A stretch of DNA of 60,301 nt from a virus (taxonomy: Duplodnaviria > Caudoviricetes), in the IMG/VR virus record IMGVR_UViG_3300042520_001556, positions 1 to 60,301 of that record. One strand, written 5' to 3'. Below, piece after piece: positions 7,279-17,513 of this stretch (positions are counted from its first letter, which is position 1; each line of letters starts with the position of its first letter). Below the pieces are notes generated by a model, which saw only the letters and a program-made list of their open reading frames with translations, was not told the DNA's origin and ran no database searches. The position numbers and the translations under genes were made by a program.

Positions 7279-8850
7279 ATGCAGATCCGTGAGCGACAAC
7301 TACCCGGTGGCGGCGTCCTCCGGCACATCCATAACCCCAACGCGGCCAATAATGCCGCCGCCCTCCAGGCTGCGCAAATCAACGCCGCTGCGCAGGTGGA
7401 CGCCGCCCGGGCGGCCGCGGCGGGTCAGGCTGAATCGGGAAGAGCCATGGGGGCCGGAAACGCCATGGCTGGCATTGGCCAGGGCTACGGCCAAGGCATT
7501 GCAGGAATTGCTGGTGCCTATGGCAACCTGGGCGGCTCCATGGCCAACGCATCGGGACAGCACTCCGCTGCCCTAGCTGGCCTGGGCGGGGCTACGGCCA
7601 ACAACTACGGGGCCTACGCCGGCTCCATGGGGAGCATCGCCAACGCCCAGGCCAACGAGCGGGCCGCAGCCATGGCCGCCATGGCACAGTCGGAGAGCGC
7701 CCGTCAGCTCGCCGCTGGGAACATCGCCAACCAGGCCCTGTCCTCCTACGGTGCGTTGGGCAACAGCGCCATGAGCGCGTGGCTGGGCAATCAGCAGGCG
7801 TACAACCAGGCCCGAGCCAACATGGGCCAGTCGGCTGCCGCCGCCTTCGGGGCTATGGCGCCGGCTGTGGCGAACGTCAGCGGTGCGGCATCGAACGCCT
7901 TTGGGGCCAATGCTCAAGCGTTGGCGGCGATGCAGGGCTCCAACCAGATGGCCACCTCCCAGCTTGGCCAGTCTCGCAACCAGGCTCTGGCTGGGCTTGG
8001 TGGGTCCATGGCCCAACTGGGTACTGGACTGGGGGGCGCTAGCCAGGTGTCCAATGTCAACCTGGGCTTCGGTGGCTCTGGTGGCGGCGGTGGCGGGTTC
8101 AGGGCCTCCAGTCCTTCGGGTCAGGTGGCCTCTGGATCCTTCAGCGGCTTCGGCGGTGGTGGCGACATGGGTGGCTCGTCCTACCGTGGCCCCGGGCCAG
8201 AGTTTGCTGGGATCGCCAACCGCAGCTTTGCCGGCATGGGCGGCCTTCAGGGAGGCGTGATGGACTCCTCCGTGTTGTCGGACCTGTCGTCTGGCAACGC
8301 CATGGGGATGAACCGTCTTGGACGCAGCTACGACGCGGCCCGCGGCCAGGTAGACGAGGGATACACCAACCTGAACCGCAGCTTTGCTGACACCAACCGA
8401 ATGCTGGATCAGGGGTCGCAGGCGATTGACGCCCAGCACGCCTCGTCCCGCAGCATGCCGATGGACATGTTCCAGAACTCCTTCGGCAACTTCCGCCAAC
8501 TTGCGGGTGACGGGTACGGCCAGTTGATGGGCGGCATGAATCAGTTCTATGGCAACGTCAACGCCAACCGGGCCAACTTCGCCCCCATGGTGAACAACGC
8601 CCGGGATGGATTTTTCTCATCGTCCCGCGACCTCCGCAACCTGGGCGGCCGGATGAGCGGAGACTTCCGTTCCGGCCTCACTCAGGCTGCCGGCGTGGGG
8701 CAGGGCCTTGGGAATCTCACGCAGAGCCTGGGCGGGCTTGGTGGCTTGATGGGCCGGTTCCCGCAGCCAGCCCCGGCTCCGACAGGCGGGGCGTTGTCGG
8801 ATCTGTTCGCCAGTTTTAACCGACCCGCCAGAGGTGCAGGCCGTGGTTAA
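7279..8850 (+). CDS. Gly/Ala/Gln/Asn-rich putative DNA ejection (pilot) protein
   Basis: Low-complexity helical composition; position after the tail genes. Confidence 0.6.
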   Translation: MQIRERQLPGGGVLRHIHNPNAANNAAALQAAQINAAAQVDAARAAAAGQAESGRAMGAGNAMAGIGQGYGQGIAGIAGAYGNLGGSMANASGQHSAALAGLGGATANNYGAYAGSMGSIANAQANERAAAMAAMAQSESARQLAAGNIANQALSSYGALGNSAMSAWLGNQQAYNQARANMGQSAAAAFGAMAPAVANVSGAASNAFGANAQALAAMQGSNQMATSQLGQSRNQALAGLGGSMAQLGTGLGGASQVSNVNLGFGGSGGGGGGFRASSPSGQVASGSFSGFGGGGDMGGSSYRGPGPEFAGIANRSFAGMGGLQGGVMDSSVLSDLSSGNAMGMNRLGRSYDAARGQVDEGYTNLNRSFADTNRMLDQGSQAIDAQHASSRSMPMDMFQNSFGNFRQLAGDGYGQLMGGMNQFYGNVNANRANFAPMVNNARDGFFSSSRDLRNLGGRMSGDFRSGLTQAAGVGQGLGNLTQSLGGLGGLMGRFPQPAPAPTGGALSDLFASFNRPARGAGRG

Positions 8851-9139
8851 CTATCACTCCAACGCCCAGTTCCCGACCCCGCAATACCCGGAGATGGCGA
8901 AGCAGCCCTCTCCCTATCCGGGTCAGAACCACCAAGACATCTTCAATGCCCAGATGCAGGCCCAGTCCGTAGACATGGACCGCTACGCACAGAAGAAGCG
9001 GGACGAGTATGAGTCGGCCGCCTCGCAAGCACAGCGTGAGCTGGCCCTGAATGGCCTGTCGCAGATGTATCAGGCACGCGGCAACGAACGGGATCTTCAG
9101 ACGGGCCGGATGCGGATGCTGCTGGAGGGCCTCCTATGA
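8834..9139 (+). CDS. Hypothetical virion-region protein
   Basis: Coupled ORF, Gln-rich. Confidence 0.6.
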   Translation: MQAVVNYHSNAQFPTPQYPEMAKQPSPYPGQNHQDIFNAQMQAQSVDMDRYAQKKRDEYESAASQAQRELALNGLSQMYQARGNERDLQTGRMRMLLEGLL

Positions 9140-9528
9140 ATCAGGTGTCTATCGACAACCAGCGGCTGCCCAAGGGGTACACGCCCCGCCAGCAGTCTGG
9201 TGCGTTCAACAACTCCATGGCCCAGGCGATGGCGGCCGGCGACCCCCGCTATCAGATGAAGCAGTACGACCGTGCCGGGTTTTCCCGGGGTGGGGCGCAG
9301 ACCAACCAGGCCGGGATCAAGGGCGCGCAAGACATGGCCAATGGGATCGCCGCCGCGTACCAGGGCCAGATCGATGATCAGCAATACAACGCAATGACCG
9401 ACCTTAACTCCCAGGTGTCACAGGAGCGGTTTGGCCAGGCGCTTGGCGGATTGCAGCAGCAGAACGCCTACGCTGACCAGATGGCCATGCTCCAGCAGAT
9501 GGGCGCGTTGTTCGGATTGCTCGGGTAA
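9136..9528 (+). CDS. Hypothetical Gln-rich virion-region protein
   Basis: ATGA overlap; composition like ejection proteins. Confidence 0.65.
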   Translation: MNQVSIDNQRLPKGYTPRQQSGAFNNSMAQAMAAGDPRYQMKQYDRAGFSRGGAQTNQAGIKGAQDMANGIAAAYQGQIDDQQYNAMTDLNSQVSQERFGQALGGLQQQNAYADQMAMLQQMGALFGLLG

Positions 9529-9542
9529 CCAAGGTAAGGACT

Positions 9543-9770
9543 ATGAAGATCGACTTTTCGCTCCGCGACCTAAACCGCTCCGCCCTGGAAAAGTTGGTGG
9601 AGAAGCTCCTGTCCTCCACCGACAGCGAGGAGCAAGAGATTCTGGACCAGCTGGGCAAGGCCGCCGAGAAGGAGTCCAGCGACCTTGCCGACCTGAAGGA
9701 AGAGAAGAAGGGCAAGCCCACGCCAATCGATCCTGAGGAAGAGCCGACGCGGAGGAAGAAGGATGGCTGA
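9543..9770 (+). CDS. Small charged hypothetical protein
   Basis: RBS AAGGA; coupled to the next gene. Confidence 0.65.
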   Translation: MKIDFSLRDLNRSALEKLVEKLLSSTDSEEQEILDQLGKAAEKESSDLADLKEEKKGKPTPIDPEEEPTRRKKDG

Positions 9771-10881
9771 GTTACTTGGCCTTGGCCGCAAGGTGGTCAG
9801 CGGTGCCCCCAAGGTCCGCGTGACGAGCCCCATCCTGGCCCGCTACCTGGACGACCTGGCGCAGCAGGCCCGGCTAGCAGACGCCGCCGCCGACGCTCGC
9901 CGCCTGGACGTTCACTTCGGCCGCGTGCAGCCAGACGACCCGTTTGCGGGCATTGGTGGCGACGAGATTGCCGACATGGTTGGCGCCACCGGGGCCCCTC
10001 GCCGCTGGCTGGAGGCCGCGGACTACAACCAGTCCATCGGCTCCATGATGCCCGGCGGGCCTGGCGAGCCGATGCTTGACGCCCTGGCCCGCAACGACCG
10101 CACCCGAGCCTTGGTGCAGGGCCGGCTTGACCGGCTCGCCCCGGAGCAAATGCCGGGCTCTCTTGGCCTTGTGGGCCGGCGGTACGAGGCTGACCAGGCG
10201 GCGGCGCGTGCAGCCGACATCCTGTCTGGTCGCAACCGCGACACTGCCATGGCCCTGGGTGCCGCAGGCGCCTTGGGTGCTGGTGCCTTTGGGACGCGGA
10301 TGGCACTGGAGAACCAGCAGAACCAGCAGGATCAGGTGCTGCTTGGGGCCTGGGAAAGCGAACGTCAGCAGCGAGAGGCGGAGCAGCTAGAGGCTGACAA
10401 TCAGGCGGCCGAGGTGGCAAGGGCCGAGCAGGCCAAGACCCATGCAGCCAGGTCACTCATGGCTTCCGTGGACAGGTCCATCTCTGAGATCGACCTTTCC
10501 GACGACGCCCCGGTGGTGATCGACCCGGACATCCCGGGCCCGGACGAGGCCCGCAACTCCTTCCTGGAAACCCCATTCATTTCCCGCACCGCCGAAGGTG
10601 ACTTCCGCCCCAGCGAGGACTATCCGTTCCGCGGCAAGAACACTTACTTTGCCTCCGACTTCCGCCCGCCCAGCCCGGAAGAGTCTGTAGCCGCCGCCCC
10701 CGGGCCGGAGTCGCAGGTGGCGCAGGACCAGGAGCTGGAAGACCTGCCGGGCCCGCAGCTCCGATCCATCCGGGCTCTGATGCGAGGCGGGATCCCTGAG
10801 GGGCGGGCACGGGACATTATCTTGAAGGGCAACTCCATGTCGCCCGACGAGTACCGGATGGTGACGGGAGGCAGACGCTAA
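9763..10881 (+). CDS. Putative internal virion protein
   Basis: 372 aa with central hydrophobic Gly/Ala segment and coiled coil. Confidence 0.55.
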   Translation: MAELLGLGRKVVSGAPKVRVTSPILARYLDDLAQQARLADAAADARRLDVHFGRVQPDDPFAGIGGDEIADMVGATGAPRRWLEAADYNQSIGSMMPGGPGEPMLDALARNDRTRALVQGRLDRLAPEQMPGSLGLVGRRYEADQAAARAADILSGRNRDTAMALGAAGALGAGAFGTRMALENQQNQQDQVLLGAWESERQQREAEQLEADNQAAEVARAEQAKTHAARSLMASVDRSISEIDLSDDAPVVIDPDIPGPDEARNSFLETPFISRTAEGDFRPSEDYPFRGKNTYFASDFRPPSPEESVAAAPGPESQVAQDQELEDLPGPQLRSIRALMRGGIPEGRARDIILKGNSMSPDEYRMVTGGRR

Positions 10882-12545
10882 TGCCACTGACCCTGACAAG
10901 CGGCGGCGAGAGTCGTCTTGACGGCGCGCCGGACCAGCTGCTGCCGCCCTTTGCGGATGGCGTTGAAGCCCTCGCCCAAGCCATCCTGGCCGACGACACC
11001 GACAACGTCTACGGCGGCGACATCAACCTCGCCCGGCAGATCGCCCGGCAGCAGCTGGGCGAGATGAGCGACCGCAGCCGCGCCGGCCAGGCGGCGGCGG
11101 CCCAGGCTGGGGCCGACCGGGATCGCACCCGAGCCGCCCGCCAGGGCGTTTCGCCCGAGTCGCTGCCGATGGACGAGTACGGGGCCGTCAGTGGCCGCAC
11201 CGTCCAGGAGGCCAACCGCCCGCTGCCGGAGGCCGAGGCGGCGCTGGGCCGGGAGCGGGAGGCGGCAGACGCCATCATCCGCGGCCTGCGGGAGGGCACG
11301 CCCGTCTTCGGCCCGCAGGGCGACCTGGATTTCCTCCGCGAGCGTGGCGAACGGAACCCGCTGGAGCCCAACGGACGCACTGACATGGCCATGCGGGCCC
11401 GCATCCGCGAGCGGCGTGGCCAGTTCTCCGAGATGCCTGACGGCACCCGCATCCCTGTGGGCGCCGAGCCAACTGACGCACAGATCCGCGCTGAGCGAGG
11501 GTTTCAGGAGTGGGCCAACAAGACGCCCGGCACGGAGCGTCAGGCTCTGTACGACCCAGAGGCCTACGAAGAGTTCCGAGAGGGCGTGCGGAACGACATC
11601 CGCGACCGGGCTCAGGACGACATGACGACGTATGGCACTGGCCCGGACGACAACGGCCGCCGCGCCCGGCTTAGATTGCCGCCCCTCACGGCCGACCAGG
11701 AAACGCGCCGCGCAGACCGTGCGGAGTCCGAGAACCGCGTGCGTCAGGCGCAGCGTGGCAGGTTCTACGAAGACAAGTTGATGGTCGATGCTGGCATTAC
11801 GCCTCCGAAACCTGGCCCTGACGCTGGGATCCAGGACTTAGAGCGGGCTGCCTTCAGGGGTCGATACGCCCGCCGCCAGGCTGAGCTTGATCGCCGCAAG
11901 CAGAACCGCATCGACCAGGCCATGATGGCTGGCGGCCAGCCAACCGGCGGGCCGTTCGGAACCCGCGCCACCACCACGGCCATCAACCAGCTGGGTCCTG
12001 GATGGCGTGAGATTGCTCTGCTTGACCGGCTGACGAACGGCCGTGTTGGCGGGCCCACACCGCTTGGCGTCGATGCCGTGGGCGCCCAGAACGCGCTGCG
12101 GTTCCTCAACAACGAGGCCATCGCAGGCATGGATCCGCTGAAGAGGCAACAGGCACAGGCGATGTTGGACATGCAACGGCGCCAAAATATGCCGGAGCTT
12201 GCTGGCCAGGCCGACATTGCTGCTGGCAACCCGCAGACACCTGAGGCTGTCGCGCATTTGAACTCCCTGGCTGGGCGATTTGACGACACGTACTTTGGTT
12301 TCAGTTACGAGAATGAAATGGCGCTCGCTGCCGAACTCCAGAAGCCGCCCTACAACATGCCGCAGGCGGAAGCCGAGGCTACGGCGTACCGGCTTGCCGA
12401 AAAGCGTCGATGGCTTTCCGGCGGCACGCCGGGCGGACGCCCGCGGGCTGGCGCCGCGCCGGCGGCACCTCCCCCGCCGCCGCCCGGGGAGGGCGGGCCA
12501 TCAGGCCTAGATTTTGCGCCACCCGGCGGGGACATGTCCTTCTAG
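10881..12545 (+). CDS. Putative internal virion protein
   Basis: 554 aa, TAATG coupling, Arg/Ala/Gln-rich helical. Confidence 0.55.
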   Translation: MPLTLTSGGESRLDGAPDQLLPPFADGVEALAQAILADDTDNVYGGDINLARQIARQQLGEMSDRSRAGQAAAAQAGADRDRTRAARQGVSPESLPMDEYGAVSGRTVQEANRPLPEAEAALGREREAADAIIRGLREGTPVFGPQGDLDFLRERGERNPLEPNGRTDMAMRARIRERRGQFSEMPDGTRIPVGAEPTDAQIRAERGFQEWANKTPGTERQALYDPEAYEEFREGVRNDIRDRAQDDMTTYGTGPDDNGRRARLRLPPLTADQETRRADRAESENRVRQAQRGRFYEDKLMVDAGITPPKPGPDAGIQDLERAAFRGRYARRQAELDRRKQNRIDQAMMAGGQPTGGPFGTRATTTAINQLGPGWREIALLDRLTNGRVGGPTPLGVDAVGAQNALRFLNNEAIAGMDPLKRQQAQAMLDMQRRQNMPELAGQADIAAGNPQTPEAVAHLNSLAGRFDDTYFGFSYENEMALAAELQKPPYNMPQAEAEATAYRLAEKRRWLSGGTPGGRPRAGAAPAAPPPPPPGEGGPSGLDFAPPGGDMSF

Positions 12546-12554
12546 GCCGCAGAC

Positions 12555-15500
12555 ATGTCGCGCTCCCCTCTCTTCGACCTGTACGATCCGTACGGCAACC
12601 TGTCGAACTCCATCGGCACGGACTTAGAAGAAGATCCGTTCGCCATCGTCCCGGTCAGGCGGAAGCCCCGCGTCGAAGACCTCATGTCAGAGGAGGAGCA
12701 GGCCTCCATGCTCCAGAACCTGGCCTACGCGGGAGCCTCTGGGCTAACGGGTATTGGCTGGCTCTTGGACACGCCGGGCTCCATGGTGCGTGGCCTGCTC
12801 TCTGAGGGGCCGATGAAGGCCCTCTCGGCCTTGTGGGAGACGAGCGACGACCGGGTGACGGGGCGTGAGTTGGCGAGGCAGTACGGCCTGGCCGGCAAGG
12901 ATGACAACTGGGCAAACTTCAGCGGCGGCCTGGCGGCTGAGGTACTGCTGGACCCGCTGACCTACGCCTCCTTGGGACTGGCTCCGCTCCTGGGCGGCGT
13001 GGCCAAGACGGCCGCCGGAAAGGCTGCCCAGAAGGCGGCCATGTTCACGGGCGACCTTGGGCTGGTTGCCAAGCAGGCCGTGGATCGGGGGCTTCGCCCG
13101 CAGGGCTTCGGCCGGATGATGCTCCAGCGGGAGACTCCCGAGGCCTACCTGGACCTGCTGCGGAAGCTGGACCCCGCCCGAGCTGACGAGCTGGCCCGCA
13201 ACTTCCGCACCGTGGCCGGCGACCAGGCGAAAGAGCTGCTTCGGCAGCAAATGTCGGCCAGCAACCGCATCTCCATTCCGGGGATCTACGACGGGGCGAC
13301 CGACCTTTGGGACAACCTCATTCCAGGCGCCGGCGACCGGATCACCCAGGCCGCTGACTGGCTGGGCCAGGCGGCACAGCAGACTCCCATCCTGGGTGAC
13401 GCCCTGCGTGGAGCCAGGGCCCTCACCTGGGGCCCGGCCCTGGGGCGAGTGAGGGAGGCCGACCAGTGGCGAGCCCGGGCCACCAGCGAGGCCAGGCGGC
13501 TAGGTGAGGCGGCGTCGAATCGGTGGCTGGGCGAGGTCATGCCGTCCATTGCCAACGAGATCGGCATGGATCGGTTCCAGAAGACCGACTTCCGCCGGCA
13601 GCTCTCAGATGCCTTCGGCCTGGCGATGGAGAACCAGCAGGGCACGGAGGCCTGGAGCAACCTGCCGGACGAGATCCGCGCCCTGTTCGATGGCGGCGGC
13701 GGCAGCATGCTGGTGGACACGGCCCGGCAGTTCCAGGACGACGCCCTTTTCCGGGCCAGGGAACTTGGGCTGCCACTTCAGGAAACGCAACTACCGTTCG
13801 ACATCGGCTACCTCTCCCGCCAGAAGGTGTTCCCGGAAAGCCCCAGGATGGCGCCAGGCTACGAGGCCGCGGCAAGCCGGAACCTGGACTCCGGGCTGGA
13901 ACTGTTCGGCCTGCCGGGCGAAGCATCCCGCAAGGACTGGACGAGGCCCTTCCCTCGCTGGGTCCTGAACAAGATGGCAGGCGACACGGAGTTCCAGACT
14001 GCCCTGCGGAGCATCAACCCCCGGGCTGAGCCGCAGAGCGTGATGGAGTTTGTGGACAACTGGCTCCGCACCAAGACCCCCGACTACTGGACGCAGACCC
14101 AGCGGGACGGCCTGGCGGGTCCGTACTCCTACCTCCGCAAGGGACTGGAGGAGGGCACCCCGGAGGCAGCCGAGGCCCTGACGAAGGCGACCGGCCTGTA
14201 CGAAGAGCTGGCCGACTCCATCGCCTCGCTCCCGCTGAACTACGCCGACGAGGGGCTGCCTTTCTACGGCGACCCCCTGTCGGACTTCACCAACTACGTG
14301 CGTGGCCGGGGCCGCACGGAGCGGGTGGGGCAGACGCTGTATGACGAGCTGGCAAAGGCCGCCGTCAACGCCGGCCGCACCCCCAGCTTCTCTTCGTACA
14401 CGGCCCAAGAGGCCCTGGAGAAGTTCGGCCTGAACCTAAAGGAGGGCCAGGTCCTGGACGATGCGGGCGAGGTTGTCGAACGCAGCAACGCCGAGCGGCT
14501 GTTCCAAGAGGCGCTGGAACGCTACCGCCCGCAGGGCCAGAACTGGATCCAGTCCGGACGGGACGATGCGTATAGGTTTGACATCGACAACCTCCGCGTT
14601 CCGCAGGACATGGTGGAGAGCCTGCTTCAGGGTGTGAAGAAGGCCACCGTGCCCACGGAGGCGCAGGGGCTGCTGAAGAAATACGACCAGTTCCTTCAGT
14701 CCTTCAAGAGCCTGGCGCTGCTTTTCCCAAGTCGCTATACGCGGGACGCTTACTCAGGGTCCTTTGCTGCGGCCACGCAGGGGCTGTTCAATCCGCTGGA
14801 CTCATACGCTGGCTTCCAGGTGGGGAGGGGCAACTACAAGCCGCTGGCTCGCCAGCTGCGAGGCGGATTTTTTGGCAAGGCCGCCCCTGGATACGAAGGC
14901 CTGAGCGACGAAGATGCGATCATGAAGTTCCTGTCGGAGTCTGCCGGCGAACGACTGACAGACTTCAACGTGGCAGACGACCTGGCCCGCAACGCCAGCA
15001 ACCTAACGACGCCGGACCTGTTCCCGGGATCTGCGGGTCCGTACATGCAGGGCGTGCGAGACAAGATCGACCCTCGCAAGCTGGCCACCTACAACATCTG
15101 GGCCCAACGCCGCCGCAGCGGAAACCCAAACTTCCTCCTGGATGCTGGCGACCGCGCCGCCACGGCGAGCGACTCCTGGAATCGCATTGGCACCTACCTC
15201 ACTGCCGTCCGAGAGGGCTACACGCCCGAGGCCGCCAAGAGCATGGCCGACCTGACGCAAGTGGTGTACCGGCCCGAGGCGTTTAGTTCCTTTGAGCGCG
15301 ACGTCGTCAAGCGCATCGTACCCTTCTATTCATACTCCAAGGGCATCGTTCCGCTTGTCGCAGACAACCTTATCAACCGCCCGGCCGGGCTGATGGGCCA
15401 GAGCATCCGCGCCGTCAACCGGGCCGGCGAGCCGTCCGAGGATCGGTTCGTCCCGGAGTACCTGCGACAGAGCGCGGCCATCCCAATCGACGCCTCGTCC

Positions 15501-16169
15501 TTCTTCGGCGTGCAGACGCCCGGAGTGCAGCGGTTCCTGACCAACATCGACCTGCCGCATGAGGGCCTGCTGAACCTGTTCACGCCAGGCAGCGGGAACA
15601 CGCTCACGCAGCAGATTACCAACACCCTGATGAAGACCGGCCAGAACCTCCTTGGCCAGACCAGTCCCGCCCTAAAGGGCCCGCTGGAGTTGCTCACGGA
15701 CCGGCAGTTCTACTCCGGCCGGCAGCTGTCGGACCTGTACAGCATGGCCGAGAAGTACGGCATCCCCGGCGGCCGGCTGGTGGATCAGCTCGTCAGCAAC
15801 GCCCCAGGCGGCAGCCGAGTGATGGGGCTCACTCGCCAGATCCTGGACGACCGCATCAGCCCCACCGAGCGAGCGGGCAAGATCCTGTTCAACACGCTCA
15901 CCGGCCTGAAGTTCCAGGACGTGGACCAGGACAGGACGGTGAGGCTAGCGGCTCGCAGTGCCCTGAACGAACTGCTCTCGCAGACGCCCAACATCGGCAC
16001 CTACGAGAACCTGTTCATCAAGAACGAAGACCTGCTGAAGCTCAGCCCGCAGGAGCAGCGGCAGTACCTGCTGTACCGCGTCTTGCAGGGACGGGCAGCC
16101 CGTGAGGCCCGTGAGCGGAAGAAGCAGCAGGCGGTCATGGATCCGATGGAAATGCTAGGCGTTGTATAA
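12555..16169 (+). CDS. Large internal virion / ejection protein
   Basis: 1204 aa; EVLLDPLTY and SFERDVVKRIVPFYSY motifs typical of large podovirus core proteins; ends the virion operon. Confidence 0.65.
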   Translation: MSRSPLFDLYDPYGNLSNSIGTDLEEDPFAIVPVRRKPRVEDLMSEEEQASMLQNLAYAGASGLTGIGWLLDTPGSMVRGLLSEGPMKALSALWETSDDRVTGRELARQYGLAGKDDNWANFSGGLAAEVLLDPLTYASLGLAPLLGGVAKTAAGKAAQKAAMFTGDLGLVAKQAVDRGLRPQGFGRMMLQRETPEAYLDLLRKLDPARADELARNFRTVAGDQAKELLRQQMSASNRISIPGIYDGATDLWDNLIPGAGDRITQAADWLGQAAQQTPILGDALRGARALTWGPALGRVREADQWRARATSEARRLGEAASNRWLGEVMPSIANEIGMDRFQKTDFRRQLSDAFGLAMENQQGTEAWSNLPDEIRALFDGGGGSMLVDTARQFQDDALFRARELGLPLQETQLPFDIGYLSRQKVFPESPRMAPGYEAAASRNLDSGLELFGLPGEASRKDWTRPFPRWVLNKMAGDTEFQTALRSINPRAEPQSVMEFVDNWLRTKTPDYWTQTQRDGLAGPYSYLRKGLEEGTPEAAEALTKATGLYEELADSIASLPLNYADEGLPFYGDPLSDFTNYVRGRGRTERVGQTLYDELAKAAVNAGRTPSFSSYTAQEALEKFGLNLKEGQVLDDAGEVVERSNAERLFQEALERYRPQGQNWIQSGRDDAYRFDIDNLRVPQDMVESLLQGVKKATVPTEAQGLLKKYDQFLQSFKSLALLFPSRYTRDAYSGSFAAATQGLFNPLDSYAGFQVGRGNYKPLARQLRGGFFGKAAPGYEGLSDEDAIMKFLSESAGERLTDFNVADDLARNASNLTTPDLFPGSAGPYMQGVRDKIDPRKLATYNIWAQRRRSGNPNFLLDAGDRAATASDSWNRIGTYLTAVREGYTPEAAKSMADLTQVVYRPEAFSSFERDVVKRIVPFYSYSKGIVPLVADNLINRPAGLMGQSIRAVNRAGEPSEDRFVPEYLRQSAAIPIDASSFFGVQTPGVQRFLTNIDLPHEGLLNLFTPGSGNTLTQQITNTLMKTGQNLLGQTSPALKGPLELLTDRQFYSGRQLSDLYSMAEKYGIPGGRLVDQLVSNAPGGSRVMGLTRQILDDRISPTERAGKILFNTLTGLKFQDVDQDRTVRLAARSALNELLSQTPNIGTYENLFIKNEDLLKLSPQEQRQYLLYRVLQGRAAREARERKKQQAVMDPMEMLGVV

Positions 16170-16179
16170 GGAGAAAGAC

Positions 16180-16524
16180 ATGCCAGGGCCCGCACGCAAA
16201 TACCTGACCGACATCGACACACCCAGCACCTACAAGCAAAGCTACATTCCAGATGCGTACGCGCTGGGGGATCTGCGAGCGCTGCCGGATGAGCCCGACG
16301 ATCATGATAGCGACCGCTACGCCATGCACAGATCCGGCATGCCCCACCGCTCCGGGGAGGTTGGCGATTACGGCCGGCATGATGGAACGCACCTTACCGC
16401 AACAGAGATGGCAGAGCTGCAACGTAGCGGACGGCTGGAGCAGATGATTCGACGCATCCAGCGTGCCCGCGCCGCCAGGGCGGGCGTGGAGCCGAGCTTC
16501 GCGGAAGAAGAGCCGTACTTTTAA
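16180..16524 (+). CDS. Hypothetical protein
   Basis: RBS AAGGAG before ATG 16180. Confidence 0.65.
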   Translation: MPGPARKYLTDIDTPSTYKQSYIPDAYALGDLRALPDEPDDHDSDRYAMHRSGMPHRSGEVGDYGRHDGTHLTATEMAELQRSGRLEQMIRRIQRARAARAGVEPSFAEEEPYF

Positions 16525-17336
16525 AGCACGCTGGGCAACGGCTCGCCGTTGATCCCGCACTCTTCTTCATACAAGAGCTGGTCAACGTAGTGACGCTCTG
16601 CGAGGCCATCGGTACGGTGACCCAGCTTGGCCTTGGGCGACATTCCCTTGACCTTGGCATAGGTCGCACAGCTCTTACGGAGCGTCTTCGTTGACCCGCT
16701 CAGGCCTGCCCGCTCTACGCACGCTGCCACCCACTGCTGGATGGTATTGATCGCAGCGAAGTCACCGAAGATGCGGGGCCGCTTCGGCAGGGCCCTGCAC
16801 GCGGACAACGCCTCGTCGGTAAAAACCGCAACGTGCGGGGTTGACGTTTTGTTTTGCCGCACATAGATTTTGCGGCCGCGAAGTTGATCCCATCGCATGT
16901 CGATGAGGTCGCCGGCGCGGAGGCCTGTGGCGTAAGCCGTGAGGAACCAGGCCTCCAAGAAGGATGCTTTGGAGAGGTCATGGAAACGACCCGGCGTGCG
17001 ACGAGCCGTCTCTACCAGGTGTTTGATTTCCGTGAGCGACCACGCCACGGGAAGCGGCGCCGGCACCTTGACTCGCCGGAAGCGTTCAACTATACAACAG
17101 TTCAGGCCGAGGCGACGAGCTTCGGCCGTGAGGGTTGTGAGCATTCTGCGGTGGTTGGCGACCGTATTGGGCGCAAGGTTGGTCAGGGCTTCGGTGAGGT
17201 AGTCGTCCACCATCTCGGTGGTCATTTCCTCCACCTTCCAGGGGAGCCGCTTGGTGAACACCAAGAGCTGCTCCAAATAGCCGGGTTTGGCCCCAATCCG
17301 GGTGGCGTATCGCTTGGCAAATTCTTGGAGTAACAT
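16521..17336 (-). CDS. Tyrosine recombinase / integrase (short, Xer-like size)
   Basis: AYATGLR...QNKT...KTLRKS...LGH...HY catalytic pattern. Confidence 0.9.
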   Translation of the reverse strand: MLLQEFAKRYATRIGAKPGYLEQLLVFTKRLPWKVEEMTTEMVDDYLTEALTNLAPNTVANHRRMLTTLTAEARRLGLNCCIVERFRRVKVPAPLPVAWSLTEIKHLVETARRTPGRFHDLSKASFLEAWFLTAYATGLRAGDLIDMRWDQLRGRKIYVRQNKTSTPHVAVFTDEALSACRALPKRPRIFGDFAAINTIQQWVAACVERAGLSGSTKTLRKSCATYAKVKGMSPKAKLGHRTDGLAERHYVDQLLYEEECGINGEPLPSVL

Positions 17337-17383
17337 CTTTGCACCCTGACATTCCCGCCAAAATGAGGCGTGTCAAGTGCGTC

Positions 17384-17401
17384 GGGCAGCTAGCTCAGTT
17401 G
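17384..17401 (+). other. tRNA 5'-end fragment, candidate attachment-site core
   Basis: GGGCAGCTAGCTCAGTTG matches the tRNA acceptor-5'/D-arm start; 47 nt from the integrase start; the rest of a tRNA is absent. Confidence 0.45.
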
Positions 17402-17513
17402 AATAGCTGTTCGATGGCACTTTTCACGGCGGCCACTCTGGCCGCAGCGGCCCTGACCTTGTTGGTCATGGGCTTTCCTCAGGCGTCACTGACGTGCTTG
17501 AGGGAGGCCCTTA

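Noticed and set aside
7279-16169. Tape measure protein
   Set aside because: No tail tube, sheath or tail assembly chaperone genes were recognised; organisation fits podovirus ejection proteins
16521-17336. Calling the tyrosine recombinase an integron integrase
   Set aside because: No IntI-specific insertion is visible and it lies 15 kb from the array
17384-17460. Complete tRNA gene
   Set aside because: Only the first 18 nt fit; no anticodon arm, properly paired T arm or acceptor 3' strand
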